Below, one piece after another: positions 38,932-51,400 of a DNA stretch of 64,000 bases. Below the pieces are notes generated by a model, which searched no databases, was not told the origin of the DNA, and saw nothing but the letters and a program-made list of their open reading frames with translations. The DNA comes from Gonapodya sp. JEL0774. Its lineage: Eukaryota. How positions within the stretch are numbered: the stretch's first letter is position 1; each line of letters starts with the position of its first letter. The stretch covers positions 1 through 64,000 of the forward strand of contig JADIIX010000013.1 of assembly GCA_027604505.1 (NCBI GenBank), given 5' to 3'. Both the position numbers and the translations under genes were made by a program.

Positions 38932-41135
38932 TTAGAACGGGTTTGGTGATTCACACTGTACGTAGTGCGCCCAAAGTGGATTTCCGGGCCCAGTGAATGC
39001 ATCTTTCGCTTCCTTCATGTCCCCATCGTTGAATTTCAGAAGAAGCTGCGTCATGCATGGTTCTGAAAAGGCGCAGCTGTGTTTATTTTGGGTGTGAAAT
39101 GATCCACTTGAGAGTTCTTATCCGAGCACAGACCTGTTGACAAGGCTTTGTAGAAGAAGAATGTGAACATATCCAGCTTGAACGGCTTCTCTGGGTCGGA
39201 TTGATTGCGAGTTCCATCAGGGTACTTAATATTCAGTGAGCAGAGGGCCGTCATTGTTCTGGTCCTTCGTCAAAATCGCAGAATCATGACCTACTTTGTG
39301 GTCTCGATCGACAATTCCAGGCTTGAGATGAAGGACGTAGGTTCTGAAACGTTGAATTTTGAGTTTCCATTTCGGTCCGCGGAACAAACCTTGCACATAC
39401 GGTATGATACCACCCCACGCGGCCGCAACAAACCCAAACGAGCTGCCATATGTAACAACTAGGTCGTCGCACATTGATAGCATCTTCATGTCGATTAAAC
39501 CATCCTTATGCAAGAGAGAGTTGGGTGAAGTTATCACAGCATGAAAACCGAGCACATACGGTGTCACTTTCGACTGTCCGAGAGATTATATTGTTGAATG
39601 TGATGTCACTATCCTCTCGGTATATAAGATGATTGAAAATGAGGTTCGTCGCATCATGACACGCAGGCGTTCTGGTACGTTGTAATGCGCAGTCGTCGAC
39701 AATCGTTTTGTGGTGAACCAGCAGCTCCGACCTGACTTCATCGCGAACGTGGGCAGCGTCGGTAGCGAGAAAAAACCGAGTCTAAATTATTTTATGCAGG
39801 ACACGATTGGGGCCGAGTGACGATGGTGTGAACAACTTGACCAATACTCACTTTCGACCATGGTCTCCTGCTTGCGCGCCAGACAGAAATGGCCACATCT
39901 ACATAGTACTTGGTAGGGGGCACGGATTCGGTTTCCTTGAGAGTCCGAATTTGCAAGCCCACAACATAATAGCGAGATTTGCCAATTATGGTATTCGGAG
40001 CCAATAGAGATTGCACTTCATTTCGATCTACCAAAGGCGCAGGCTCGGGGAGTGAGATGTCAAAAAGAAAGTTTGCAGAGAAGAAAGAGTGGGAGCTTTG
40101 CTGCCAAGGAGTGCTAAGGTCGGACGCTGGATGACAACTGAGATAATTGTGCACTCACTTTTGCAAACCCTCGCACACGCATCACCAGCTGACTGATCGA
40201 GTAGAACGCTTCCATTGTTGGAAACCAGTCCAGCATAGTCTTGCGATAGAATGGGTTCCCCCAAAGAAGAGGGATCTGATAATGAAAACTCCAGTGGCAT
40301 ACCACCGGCTCCTTATAGAGCGAGCTCTCTGAGAAGTCTTCCAGGATCCAGTCATTGTAATCATATAACCAGTGCTAAACGGAAAGGAAATTCTCAATCA
40401 CAAGTTTGACACATAAGATAGACGTGTCCGCACCTGCTGAGGGAAGAAGCTGACCGGGTTCAGTCCAGGGTCCTTCGTCAGGTTTACTCTTGAAGGATCC
40501 AGCTGCAAGCCCTTAACAATACGATTGGCGTTGGGTATCCAATTGTAGTCTAAAGGCAACCCGTCGACGGTTGCTGGCTCAAAGTAGGTTGGCAAACTGC
40601 CATTGTCTCCTCCATTTTCATCGTAGAGAAGCCAGACGCGGTCCTGAAGCATGCTCAGAATGAATGAAGAAAGCATTCCGGGAAATCGATTCCCAAGGCC
40701 CCCAATATCCAGTCGGTGAATCAAGAAGCGTGTTTCCGGAGTGATATTCTGCATTCGTAGTCTGTGGCGTTTGACATAGTCCGAGTACGCAACAAGAAAA
40801 CTGTCTGATATCCGTTCCCTGAAGCCTTCTTTTGAATGTCGAGACTCCTCTAGGTTCTGGGGCTCGTCTTGAGAGAGCCGTCGAAGTTTCGCGAGGATCA
40901 GCCGGTCCCCATTTTCGGGGTCACACTCAGCACAGACATGCACTGTCTCATCCTTGATCGGGATCGCAGAGAAATTGGTGGGAGCGTGGTAATCGTCAGT
41001 TTCTGTTGTCCGCGGGTTTTGTGAGAATGCTAGTAGTGAAAGGATGATGGCGAGAGGGAACGCGAAAATCGCAATCCTCCTTGGGGAAAACAGCTTGATG
41101 GAAAGATCCAATCGGTGACGTCCATCGCCTTGCAT
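38932..41135 (-). CDS. Alpha-fucosyltransferase-like (GT37/GT23 clan), paralog b, multi-exon
   Basis: TM IAIFAFPLAIILSLLAF; GGLGNRFPG, VVGLQIRT, FFLATD, DMKMLSMCDDLVVTYGSSFGFVAAAWGG; ends AFTGPGNPLWAHYVQCESPNPF-stop. Confidence 0.85.
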
Positions 41136-41209
41136 TCGAATGGTGAAATTTGAGGAGCCACAGTATTGTGTTTTGTACCATCCACCCCTGCATTGGCAAT
41201 GTCGACAAC

Positions 41210-43059
41210 ATGATTTTTATATTGCCCCACTTTGTCCGCCGGCATCGACGGGTGGTACTTATCGGCACTGTCTTCGTTCTTCCTTTCCTTTTCCTTGGCC
41301 TCGCTTCCATAACCAGCTCGATAGTCAAAGTACATATATCCGATCGGTGTGAGATGTCGATTCTTCCCAGGTCCAATTACTCACCTGACGAGGACTGGTC
41401 TTCATCTAGAGCGAGAACGAGGAATTTAATGGTCCCTTAAATCATACATTAACCGTCGCCCTGAGGCAAAGTGAGTTTGATTCGGAGGTGCGATGCTCCA
41501 TTATCTTTGCAAACGTATTCCTTCCAAAGAGGAGGACGTTATCACTTGGGATGACATGCCACCATTTTATTGGCGCAAACTATGTACCATGTACAAGTGC
41601 TTCGATTTCGATCTCTGCCATCGTCGAGGAGGATTCAAAGCGTGGGTTTCAGTGCACCGATCTACCGTTTGTGGGAGTTCATTTTCCCTGCCCGGACTGC
41701 AGCTACGTGTACCCCAGAAACAGCTCCTTGACTGTCAATTGGGTATATGATCATATTCTCAGGCCTTTGGAACGGGCGGCGAATCGCAGTCGTGTCCGTC
41801 CTTTCGGCCGTCCAACGAAAGATCCTGAGACATTACATCCCGTTGGCCTTTCGCAATCTTCGAAAGCTCAACTTCCTATTGATCATGAACGACGCCTTCG
41901 ACGACTTGTCACCCACGATCCGGAGCAAGCCTGTCTATTCATTCCGAGCATCGACATGACTTGTGCCTACAATCAATGTTTCTTCTCAAGAGAGGCTATC
42001 TTGAGTCACTTGGAGGCGATGCCGTATTGGAGCGCGCTAGGTGCGCCTGGGAGGAATCATCTCTGGTTTCAGGTTCAGGATCCTGATCCTGGCATGTTGG
42101 TGGCAAACGCAATCATTGTTAGCACCAACTTTTACGCAAACCAACCACGGATCGGTTTCGATGTTACCTTCCCCCTACGGAATTGGAAGTCGTTGCAAAA
42201 CCAACGCTTGATTGACGCCAGCGGGAATGTCCGAGCCAACAGTGGAGTCAGCTGGGGGTGGAACACTCGAGGGCGCAGCTTCCTTTCGCAATCTCCCCCC
42301 AACCAGCGAAATCCGTTCAAAAACAAATACCTTCTCACTTTTAAGGGCAGTCGCTACCACGACCGACCATTACGTACCGTCATCACGTATCTCCACAACG
42401 GTAGAGACATCATAAGCGTGGCAAAGTGCAGTCCGAGTTGGCCTTACATGAATCTCACCGAATTCAACCCTATGGAGGATTGTGACAGGACCGATCCTGA
42501 GTATCATAAGTACGACTACGACGGTGAGGGTAGTAAAGCGATCCGACGACTGCACGTGTATGTGATTGTTCCACACATGTTGCACAGACATGCTAGTCAA
42601 CACGACCTTCAGCGTACTTGTTGGAGGCTATGGGGTCCACGAATGTAAGGCTTGTTGCCGAACGTGCGAGGATATATTTTGACACCTGCTGAGCGAACCC
42701 AAACAGACCGCTTCTACGAGACCCTGTCAGCGGGAGCTATACCAGTCATATTCTATACCCCATCGTACCCACTTCCCTTTTCGGAGATTATTGATTACCG
42801 GGAATTCTCTGTGTTCTTCAACGTCGAGGATTTGGAAACTCTATCTGGTCGACGTCGCATAGTAACTTACTTGCGCAGGTTAGCACGGTTGGATGGAGGT
42901 AGGAAGGTTTGGGAGATGAAGAGGAGGATCGCTGAGGTGTTTGATCGGTACTTCGAGAATTGGGAGGCCATGACGGCGACAGTGCTAGAAGTGATCGAGT
43001 CTAGATATTATGGAGGACTAACGGAGTTACCCTTTGTACAAAGTACTTCGATAACATAA
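41210..43059 (+). CDS. GT47 exostosin-family glycosyltransferase, EXT1-like single domain, multi-exon
   Basis: TM VVLIGTVFVLPFLFLGL; CTMYKCFDFDLC..GFK, YVYP, DPEQACLFIPSID, GRNHL, RIGFDV, KYLLTFKGSRY, LHNGRDII, YDY, RFYETLSAGAIPV, LPFSEIID. Confidence 0.92.
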
Positions 43060-43353
43060 TTGCTCTTACTTTGAAAAGGAACAATCGACCAATTCGAGGT
43101 GGACAATATTGTCAATAATGACGTCGAAAGTGTGTGCCGCAGGAGGCAGCGGCGGACTATGGCCTGAACAAAGCTGCATTACAACCGAGAACATTCCACT
43201 GACAAAAACGGGGCACAAATTCTGTATTTCCGTACCAATTTCATCCGCCAGTGGACATTTGGGGCGATCGTCGCCAATTCGATCTGAAGGGATCTGACTC
43301 CTGCGCGTGCTGATCCAGCCATTCGGAAAGGACAATCAGCGTCAACCGCACTC

Positions 43354-44938
43354 ATGGCAAGCAAAAACCGGCTCTTTACCACCGTCACTCTCGTGGTCGT
43401 GGTTGTCCACTTCCTCTACACCTACTTCCGACCCCCGGCCTCCTACTGGCGGGAAACGCCAACACTACCCACCGACTGCCCCACTTGTCCCTCGGGCACC
43501 GGGCGATTCCTGACCCAGAAACCTCCTCCATCACAGTACGAAGGCCGCTCCCCGGATTTCACCGGTTTCACGCTCAACGCGGACAAAACCGGGGACGGGA
43601 CGTTCGCGGACATCCTTCTCCATCGGTACAAGGATCTCTACACCAAATACGAGGACGATCTGAAGGCGGTGAGGTTAGCGGTGGAGAGTTGGTGTCGGGA
43701 AAAACCAAAGAAGGACACGCCTGAGGAGCAGGTGACGTTCCGGGGAGGATGGGCCCACATGTGCATATCGGATGACATTGAATTGGAGGTGGGATACCTC
43801 AGGATCAGAGAAGCGAAGCCTAAAGTAGTCTGGTGAGCTCATTTTTGAAGGCATTTGCGATCCCGCGCGCGTGTCTTGCTGACCCTCCCCATCACACCTT
43901 GGCTGTTCACCCCAGGGAAATCTCCCCCGCGGACGGCTTCTCCACGTTCTGGATCATCTCCGCTCTAAAATCAAACGCCAACGGCGCCATCCTGTACTCT
44001 TTCGACCTTGCCAACGACCCGACCCAGCACCTTCCCTCGGCGATGCAGACGAGCGTGGACTGGCGGTTCCAAAAGGGGGATTTCAGGAAGAAGATCGACG
44101 AGGTGGTGGCAAAGGCACCGGGACATAGTCCGGACTACGTGTTTTTGGACTCGTATCACTCGAAAGGTACGTTCGTGGAGCCGGAGGGAGAGGGATATGT
44201 GTGGTGCCTTGTGTCACGATGGACGAGAGCACATGGACTCACCGCCCATCCGCCCCTCCCCCCCACCCGCGACAGATTTCGCACAGTACTACACCTCAAC
44301 CTTGTTCCGCATGTGGCCCGACAAACACATTCACTTCTCCCTTCACGACGTTTACAATCCAGGTACGTTGATCGTGAGCTCCTGCAGACAGTGTCTCTTC
44401 GTGAATTAAATTTCCTCGTCGTGTCGTTAACTTTTATTTGACCATTTTGCGTCGTGTTTGGTCTTGAACGGACCCTTTCTCGCCTCTGTCGCCCCGCAAT
44501 TCCGTTCCCGCTTCTTTTATTCCTCCCTGTCTCCCACTCGCTCACTAATTCCACCCCACCGAACTCCCCATATCCACTCACACCCCTCGGCACCCACCCT
44601 TAGGCTTCTGGAACGACGACATCCGCGGCCGCGACCCCACCGTACACCCCTCCTGGATGCCCAACGAAGAAGGCCTTGCCGTGCTAGACTGGCTCGTGTA
44701 CCAACTCCCCACCACGTTCCCCACCCCCTGGCAATCCCGCGGAGTGCTCCCTGTGTGCAACGTGCACACTCTGGCCAGTGCGAGGTTCCCACTGCTGTTC
44801 AAACGGTTCGTGGCCATGAGGAAGGAGGTACTGGGGGAGGAACATCGGTACGCCGTGAGGCCGGCGAACCCGAAAATGGAGGTGGAGTCCATGGGGAATC
44901 CGACTCTGTATTGGGAGATGGGGTGTAGGATTGAATAG
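43354..44938 (+). CDS. Type II membrane class I SAM-dependent methyltransferase, multi-exon
   Basis: TM LFTTVTLVVVVVHFLY; KPKVVW-EISPADGFSTFWI, LYSFDL, GDF, YVFLDSYH, LHDVY. Confidence 0.8.
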
Positions 44939-45642
44939 GGTGGGGTTGGGACGTACCGGGAGCTGGGCGACCAGTGGGTGGGCAACGGGATGTGCGGGTT
45001 TTGGAACCCATTGTAGGGTCAATACGTGTGCTGTACTATTTACTCTATGCTCTGAAATTACATGGTCAAGGTCACGGCTGAACGTAAACCGTCAACGCTT
45101 GAGCGACCCGCGCACCGGACCATCCCGAGTCATCATGTCGTGTCGATACACCGATCAGGGCATACGCGGGCACAACGCGACAGAACATCGACTTATACAG
45201 GCGCTAGGTCGCCGCACGAGGTGTGCCCTCGTGCGGTGCGTACGCCAGACGGGAGCCCGTGTCGCCCACCCCCCGGGCGTGACAAGGCTGACGGTACAAC
45301 TCGCGAGAGTCTGGTCACGTGGCGTGTACGGAGGTCGCCAGGTACCAGCGTCCCAGTGCGTCTGGGTTACCCGGGTAATGTCCAGTGTCTGAGGGCGTGT
45401 GCTTCACGGGACACGATACCCCCGCCGCACTCGCGATTCCCCGACCCGCGGCAGCAGCGCAACGGGTCGTGGGTCCGACCCCCCACCTCCCGCGCCACGA
45501 GAGCCCTTCACGGCTGTGGAGGTCGAATCAAAATCCCCCACGACACGGTGTCCACGCCGGCCACGCCCGCCGCCGGGTCTCCCGCAGGACTCCCGACCCC
45601 CCTCCCACTCCCGTGCGCCCCCCTCCCCCCCCCCCAGCCCGT

Positions 45643-47042
45643 CTACCCGTCCCCCCCTTCCTTCCCCAACACCTTCTCATTCACCCCGTCCCAGCTTGCA
45701 CTCCAATACGACACCACGAACACGTCTTCCCTCTTGCCGACTCCCACCAACTCGTTACACTTGGGCTCGTCGAACCCGTCGTACTTTGCGTGGCACACCT
45801 CGACACCCTCCACGTAGTGCGCGTCGCCGGGCTTGGCGAAGAAGGCCCGCCAGTCGATGGGGAAGATGGCGGGCGGGGGAAACACGTGCAGGGCGTGGGC
45901 ATGAGGTCCGGGGAGGGGGAGGGTGAGGGTGCCGATGGTGATGGTGGTGGCGGGTCGGCTCGAGGACCGCCACCGCTGGTAATCTGCGACGCCCTTGTAG
46001 AGGGCCATGGGGCCCGTGAGTTCTTCGGGGCGGGTCGGGGTGGAGGGGGCGGCGGAGAAGATGAGACGGAGGACGAAGAGCCAGAGGGGGTGGCGGGGGG
46101 TGGAGGAGAGCCAGGCGTTGGGGAGGCTGGGGTGGCGGGCGGGGGGGGTGGGGGTTACATGCAAAAGAAGCGTGGATGGGGTGAGAAGAGAGGAGAAGCA
46201 CCACACCGCTCAACTCCGACCACGCAACAACCCCGTAATGCCGTAATGGGTCACCCAAGGGCCAAGCGGTGCGCATACGGGATCCGGTCCGTCGTGGTAC
46301 CCATCTCCCGAGCTCTGAAGCGGGGTCGTTGCGACAGTCACGGGTCGCACAACCCTCCGGCTTTTGGACAGACACGGACGTCCCCAGCTTCCCCACCCGT
46401 GGGGGAGGTGGTTCACGGACACAAGGCCACGTTCTGGCAGTCGTTCTCGTTCGCGCCACCGGTCACCTGCTCTGGCACTGTTACTCACCCGTGCATGAAG
46501 TCCTCGTCTGTGCCCATCCTTCCCAAGAAGGCCAACCCCTCGATACTGTCGTCTGCCTCCATCTGCGTTCCGTACCTGTCCCACAGCCCATCGAGTGGGG
46601 CGACGCACGCGGTGTCGAGGTCGGTGTAGGTACCGCCTATGGCGTACATGTAGACGTAGCGTACGGCGTCTGCGCGGTAAATCTCGCGGTCGAAGGAGTC
46701 GTAGAGGGGGAGGAAAGAGGGGAAGAAGGATGCGACGAGGTCGCGGTTGGATGCGTCGGAGGAGAGGAGGAAGCCGTAGTGGGGGTTGTGGGAGCGCCAG
46801 GAGGCAGACCAGTGGGAGAATTTGGCGGGGAGGGAGGAGGTTTTCCAGGATTGGATGATTATTTTGGGAGGGAAGATGGTCCGGGGGGGCGAGGTGAGTG
46901 GGAGTGGGGTCGAGGGATGGGCGGTGTGACGGTCGGTGGAGGGTGGTTGGGATAAGAAGGATAAGATGAGGGAGAGGAAGAAGAGAGAGACAACGAGGGT
47001 GACAAAGGAGAGATATTTGTTGGAGCGGAAGATCGCAATCAT
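45643..47042 (-). CDS. GT32 (DXD sugar-binding; SUR1/OCH1-like) glycosyltransferase, one long intron near 46150-46490
   Basis: TM FVTLVVSLFFLSLILSFL; PKIIIQSWK, SWRSHNP, RADAVRYVYMYAIGGTYTDLD, PNAWLSSTPRHP, TGP, YWSASW. Confidence 0.92.
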
Positions 47043-48472
47043 TGGTGGTGGGCTGGAGAGAGTGTGGGGAACTGAGTCAGCAGCGGGTGAGACTGGGTGG
47101 GAACATGGGCGGGAGGAGGGCCAACGGTGGGCGGGAGGAGAACTAGGTCCCAAGAGCTGTTCTCGGCACAATACGAAGTTGAAAAAGGTTCCATTGCTAC
47201 GGTTGCTCGGACGATTTTGCCGTACCTCAACCAGTTGCTCAGGGTGGTGCGGTCGTCGACTCGACTTTCCGTCGTTTGGTGGAGAAACAGGGCAAGGTTC
47301 CCCTGATCCCTGATCCCGGGCAGAGCCGCACGCTGATTCGGGTCACGGTGAGGTGGGGTTGTGCTGGGAGAGAACACGACTGATTGGGGGTGTTGGGATT
47401 CACAAAACCACAAAATGAATGAAAAAGAATCGCTCCAGAACTTGAGTGGAATGAGCCTCACGTAAGGGGTGTAGTTCTACTTTCCGCCTTTGAGGACGTT
47501 GGCTGCCTTGAGAAGCGGTGTCAAGCACAACGCATTAACGCATTACGAGGAAAAAGAGAACAGAGATGCAACCAACAATGGTGGCACTATTTGAGAAGCG
47601 GGACTTACCAAAAGCGTCGGCTATTACGGGATATTGATCGTTGGATCGAGCGAGTCTGTCCACCCACCCGCAGCCGTCGCGACCGCTCTGTTCAGCGCAG
47701 TCAAATACAACACTGGCTTGGAGAATTTCCGGAGTTCAGCGCGAGTGACGGTAAAGCGCCAGAAAACTGGGTTCAAGGTGTTTTGGGTTTTTGGTTGGTT
47801 GAGAGTTGAGGGTGTTGGTGACTGTGGCTGGCCAGGCGGGTCAGTTGTGTATGATCGGGTCCACCTGCATTGTCCTCATCCAGCCCCCAACCCCGAGACC
47901 CCAATCGAGACTCAGTGGACATTTGAACCCATCGCGGTTTTCCAGGTCGGGTCGACCCGGAATCGGCAATCGCGGGATCGCGGGAAACTTCCGTTGTTTC
48001 TCGACAAGGAAACCGCCGGGAGACGGACGTGGTCGATCGACGGACCACGCTGGCCACCAGGACCCAGGTAACGTCAAATTGGTCGAAGAAAACAGAAACG
48101 TCAATTGATCCCTTCTTTAAACTTCTTATTTTGTCGAGAACAGCGTTTGGGACCACCGGGGATCCGCCGGACTCCAGTTTGGGTCGCACCATATCCGCAG
48201 TTCCAGTGAAGCTGACTCTGGACTCGCAGACAAACGTGGTTCAGTTAGGTAAGTCACAGACTTGGAGACGCTGTAGAGCGTTTTCTTCCTTTTGTCACTG
48301 TGCCGTCATGTCCTACAATCTCCTTATCAACCCGAACCCGAACCGACCGAGTCGATTTTGCTCCCTCTTCCACAGATTCCATCACGGATTTCGCTGGATT
48401 TGTCTGGATGTTCTGACTCTTCGCTCTGCTCGCTCCAATCGCCGCTTGTTCCCCTTGTTCCGCCCTCTCTCG

Positions 48473-51400
48473 ATGCCACGCTGGTCCATTCCCTCCTTCC
48501 CTTCACTCCATTCGCTCCCGTTCCCCCTCCCCTCACTCCCCTCAACCCACGCCCTCTCTGCACTCTTTCCTCCTCTCCCACCACGCTCTCTCCCGATCCC
48601 CCTCTCCCTTCCTCCCCTCTTGGCCCGCTCAAAACGTTGTCTCCTTCCCTTCGCCATCCTCTTCATCGCCTCCTTCTTCTTCTTCTACCCTTCTCTGTGG
48701 CCCAAGAAGCGCCAATCGCTCCCCATAGAAGAGGTCAGTGTCTGGGTTGAAACACGGGGTGCGGCCAAAAAGCACCAACAGTACCACTGGAAACTGGCGC
48801 TGGGTTCAGAATCGGGCCACAAGTGAGCGCGGGGCCACAACCGGCAGTGGCAGTTGGACGTAGAATCGGGACGTGCGAATGGGACTGACTTGCTCGAGTC
48901 ACACACAAAAAAAAAGACAGCAAAAAACAGAGATCGGAACCGGCACTTGGGATCGGGTCCCGTGTGAATGGGAACACGATACGGGGCACTGAAACTCGAC
49001 GGAAAGTGCGATGCATCTGTTTATCATGTACCGTTTCCATCACCGCGCCTCCTCAGTCCCCACTCACGGTCCCGTCCCGTCCCCCACCCACCCACCCCCC
49101 ACAGGACTTTGCCTTTTTCGGCCTCCCCTCCCTCCCCCCCTTCTTCCCCGCCCTATCCTCCCCGTCTCCCCCATCATCTCCATCCCCGTCCCCCGTCTCA
49201 TCCGCCCCCCTGTTCTCCTCCTATGCTGCCCTCCTCGACTCCGTGGCCACGTGCTGGGGTCACCCCTCGGTCGTGGGGTACTGCGACTTCGACTACGCGT
49301 GGTTGCCCTTGCCAAAGGAACTGTTTGGAAGGGCGGAGAGGGATGGGCGGGGGAGGAGGAGGGTGGTGGGCGGGGTGGGGGAGTCGTGGGGGAGTGGCAG
49401 TGGCAGTGGCAGCGGCAGTGGGGGCGGGAACGAGGGTGGTGCGGGACAGGCCGCACAAGGGAGTGGGAGTGGGAGTGGGAATGGGACTCCGAGCCCGAGT
49501 GACAGTGGACCCGGTGTCAGTGGGAGTGGAAAGAGTGGTGACAGTTGGGGCGGGAGTGAGAGCGGGACGGGGAGTGGGATCGGGTCAGCAACGGGTACTG
49601 GTCACGCCAGTGTGACCGCTCCCGAGACTGCAGATCCAGCAACGGCAGACTACACCACCACCAGCACCGATACCGACACCGATACCGATACTGACATCCT
49701 TTCCACCTCACCCCAACCACCTCACCCGCCCACCACCATGCCCGCCTCCGCCTCCGCCTCCGCTGCCGAGGCCAGCCCGGCGGTCCGAACCTCCGACGCC
49801 GGACCCACACAATACCGCAGCACCACCACAGCGACCACGACCACCACTGATCACCCGCGAGATAAACGCCACCAGCACCGGCGATCGCCCTCTCCCACTG
49901 CTCCCGCCGCCACCACCGACACTGCGCCACCCACCTCTCGTCTGCCCCCACGCGCGCCCACACCCAACCGCACACCGCACCCCATCGTCGCCCCCGCCCA
50001 GCTTCCCACCGCTTCCCTCACCCCACCCCCCCGTCCCCTCCGCATCGTCTACTTTGCTAGCTGGGGCGAATACATTGGCCGCCACGACCGCTTCTTCTAC
50101 CACGAGGCCTACACGGCGGCCCTGCACCCCCACCTGCGAGTCTACCTGTGGGGCCCTGGGTTCCCCGGGTACGACGAGAACAAGTCCGTGCGGGACAATC
50201 TGATGCGCTTGCCCGGCGTGGACGAGGAAAACCCGGTGGACGTTGTGTACACCATGACCTGGGGTCTGTACGAAGACCTGCCCGACGCGACCGTGACGGT
50301 GCACGTCATGGGCGACTGTTTCGCCGAGCCTGGCAAGGGGCAGAGGCAGAAATGCGTCGGGGAGACCGAGACCTACGCCCCGCGTGCGGATGTGGTGGTG
50401 AGCAGGTACGCGGTGGAGCTGTGGGACATGTTTCTGGGACGGGAAAAGTTGGAGGCGTTGAAGATCAAGGGGACAAAACTGTGGGTCCATCAACAGGATT
50501 GTGCGGATCCGGGGTGGAAGTGAGTCGTGCAGCAGGGGGGGGGGGGAAACCGGCGTGTCTGTAGCTCACCCGGATTGCTCACCGCCATCCCATAGTTACC
50601 CCCTCCCCTTCACCGCGCCTCGCAACTACACCGTACAAGTGTTCGGATCGACCTATGGCGTACTGTATCCATTGCGGGCCCACGTGTCGGGGGGGATCGC
50701 CATGAGGATCATCCAGGGGGATATTTTCAACCATCAGGTGGGTCGCGGGTCGCGGGGAGGGAGCAGGGAGAGAAAAAAGAAAGGGGGTGGGTGAAGAAGG
50801 GTGGATTCGGGTGGAGTGGGTTGAGTGAGCGGAGTTGGTGGAGGGGAAGCCAGGCTCGTGGTTTGTTTTGGGCTACTCGTGGGAACATGGGTTCGCGAAT
50901 GGGTCCCTGCGAGCTGTGGGTTCGTCAAGGGTACCACGCGGCCGTCACTCATGCGTGGTCCCGTTTGTGCTATCTTTTGCTTTGTGTTTTGCTTGCGCTG
51001 TTTGTGTTTGAATTTTTTTTTTTTTGCGGGGGACGTGTGGCACGCAATCGGCGTATGGGAGGGAACAAGAGGAAGTACCAGACAGGGTGCGACTCTCGTC
51101 CTGCCCTTACACTCACCTCATCCTTATCTTCCTTTTTCGAATCCGCACCCCACCCCGACCCCCATCGACGCCCCAGGGCTACGCCACCAAGATCGTCCAC
51201 AATTCCTCCCTCCTCAACCTCCCGCCCGGCACGGTCGACCCCAACGACCCTTTGCTCTCTGTCATGCACGAGCGGTACGCAGCCTACACCGCCGCTCTCC
51301 GACACACCCAGATCTGTGTGTTCGACAGCACCGTGATCCGCAAGGCCATCCGCAAGTTCCACGAGGCCATGTTGTCGGGCTGCGTCGTGGCCAGCGACTT

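Noticed and set aside
45062..46955. Long plus-strand ORFs (251, 414 and 228 aa)
   Set aside because: Antisense shadows of the GC-rich GT32 gene; low complexity with no motifs
47620..48200. Possible small minus-strand gene with a WWPA (PWWP-like) word between GT32 and the GT-B gene
   Set aside because: Fragments lie in different frames with no convincing splice model; kept as a caveat to cluster continuity
49385..49695. Hexamer repeats (GGCAGT, GGGAGT, ACCGAT)
   Set aside because: Coding microsatellites for the GS and TD repeats of the GT stem; not CRISPR or telomeric
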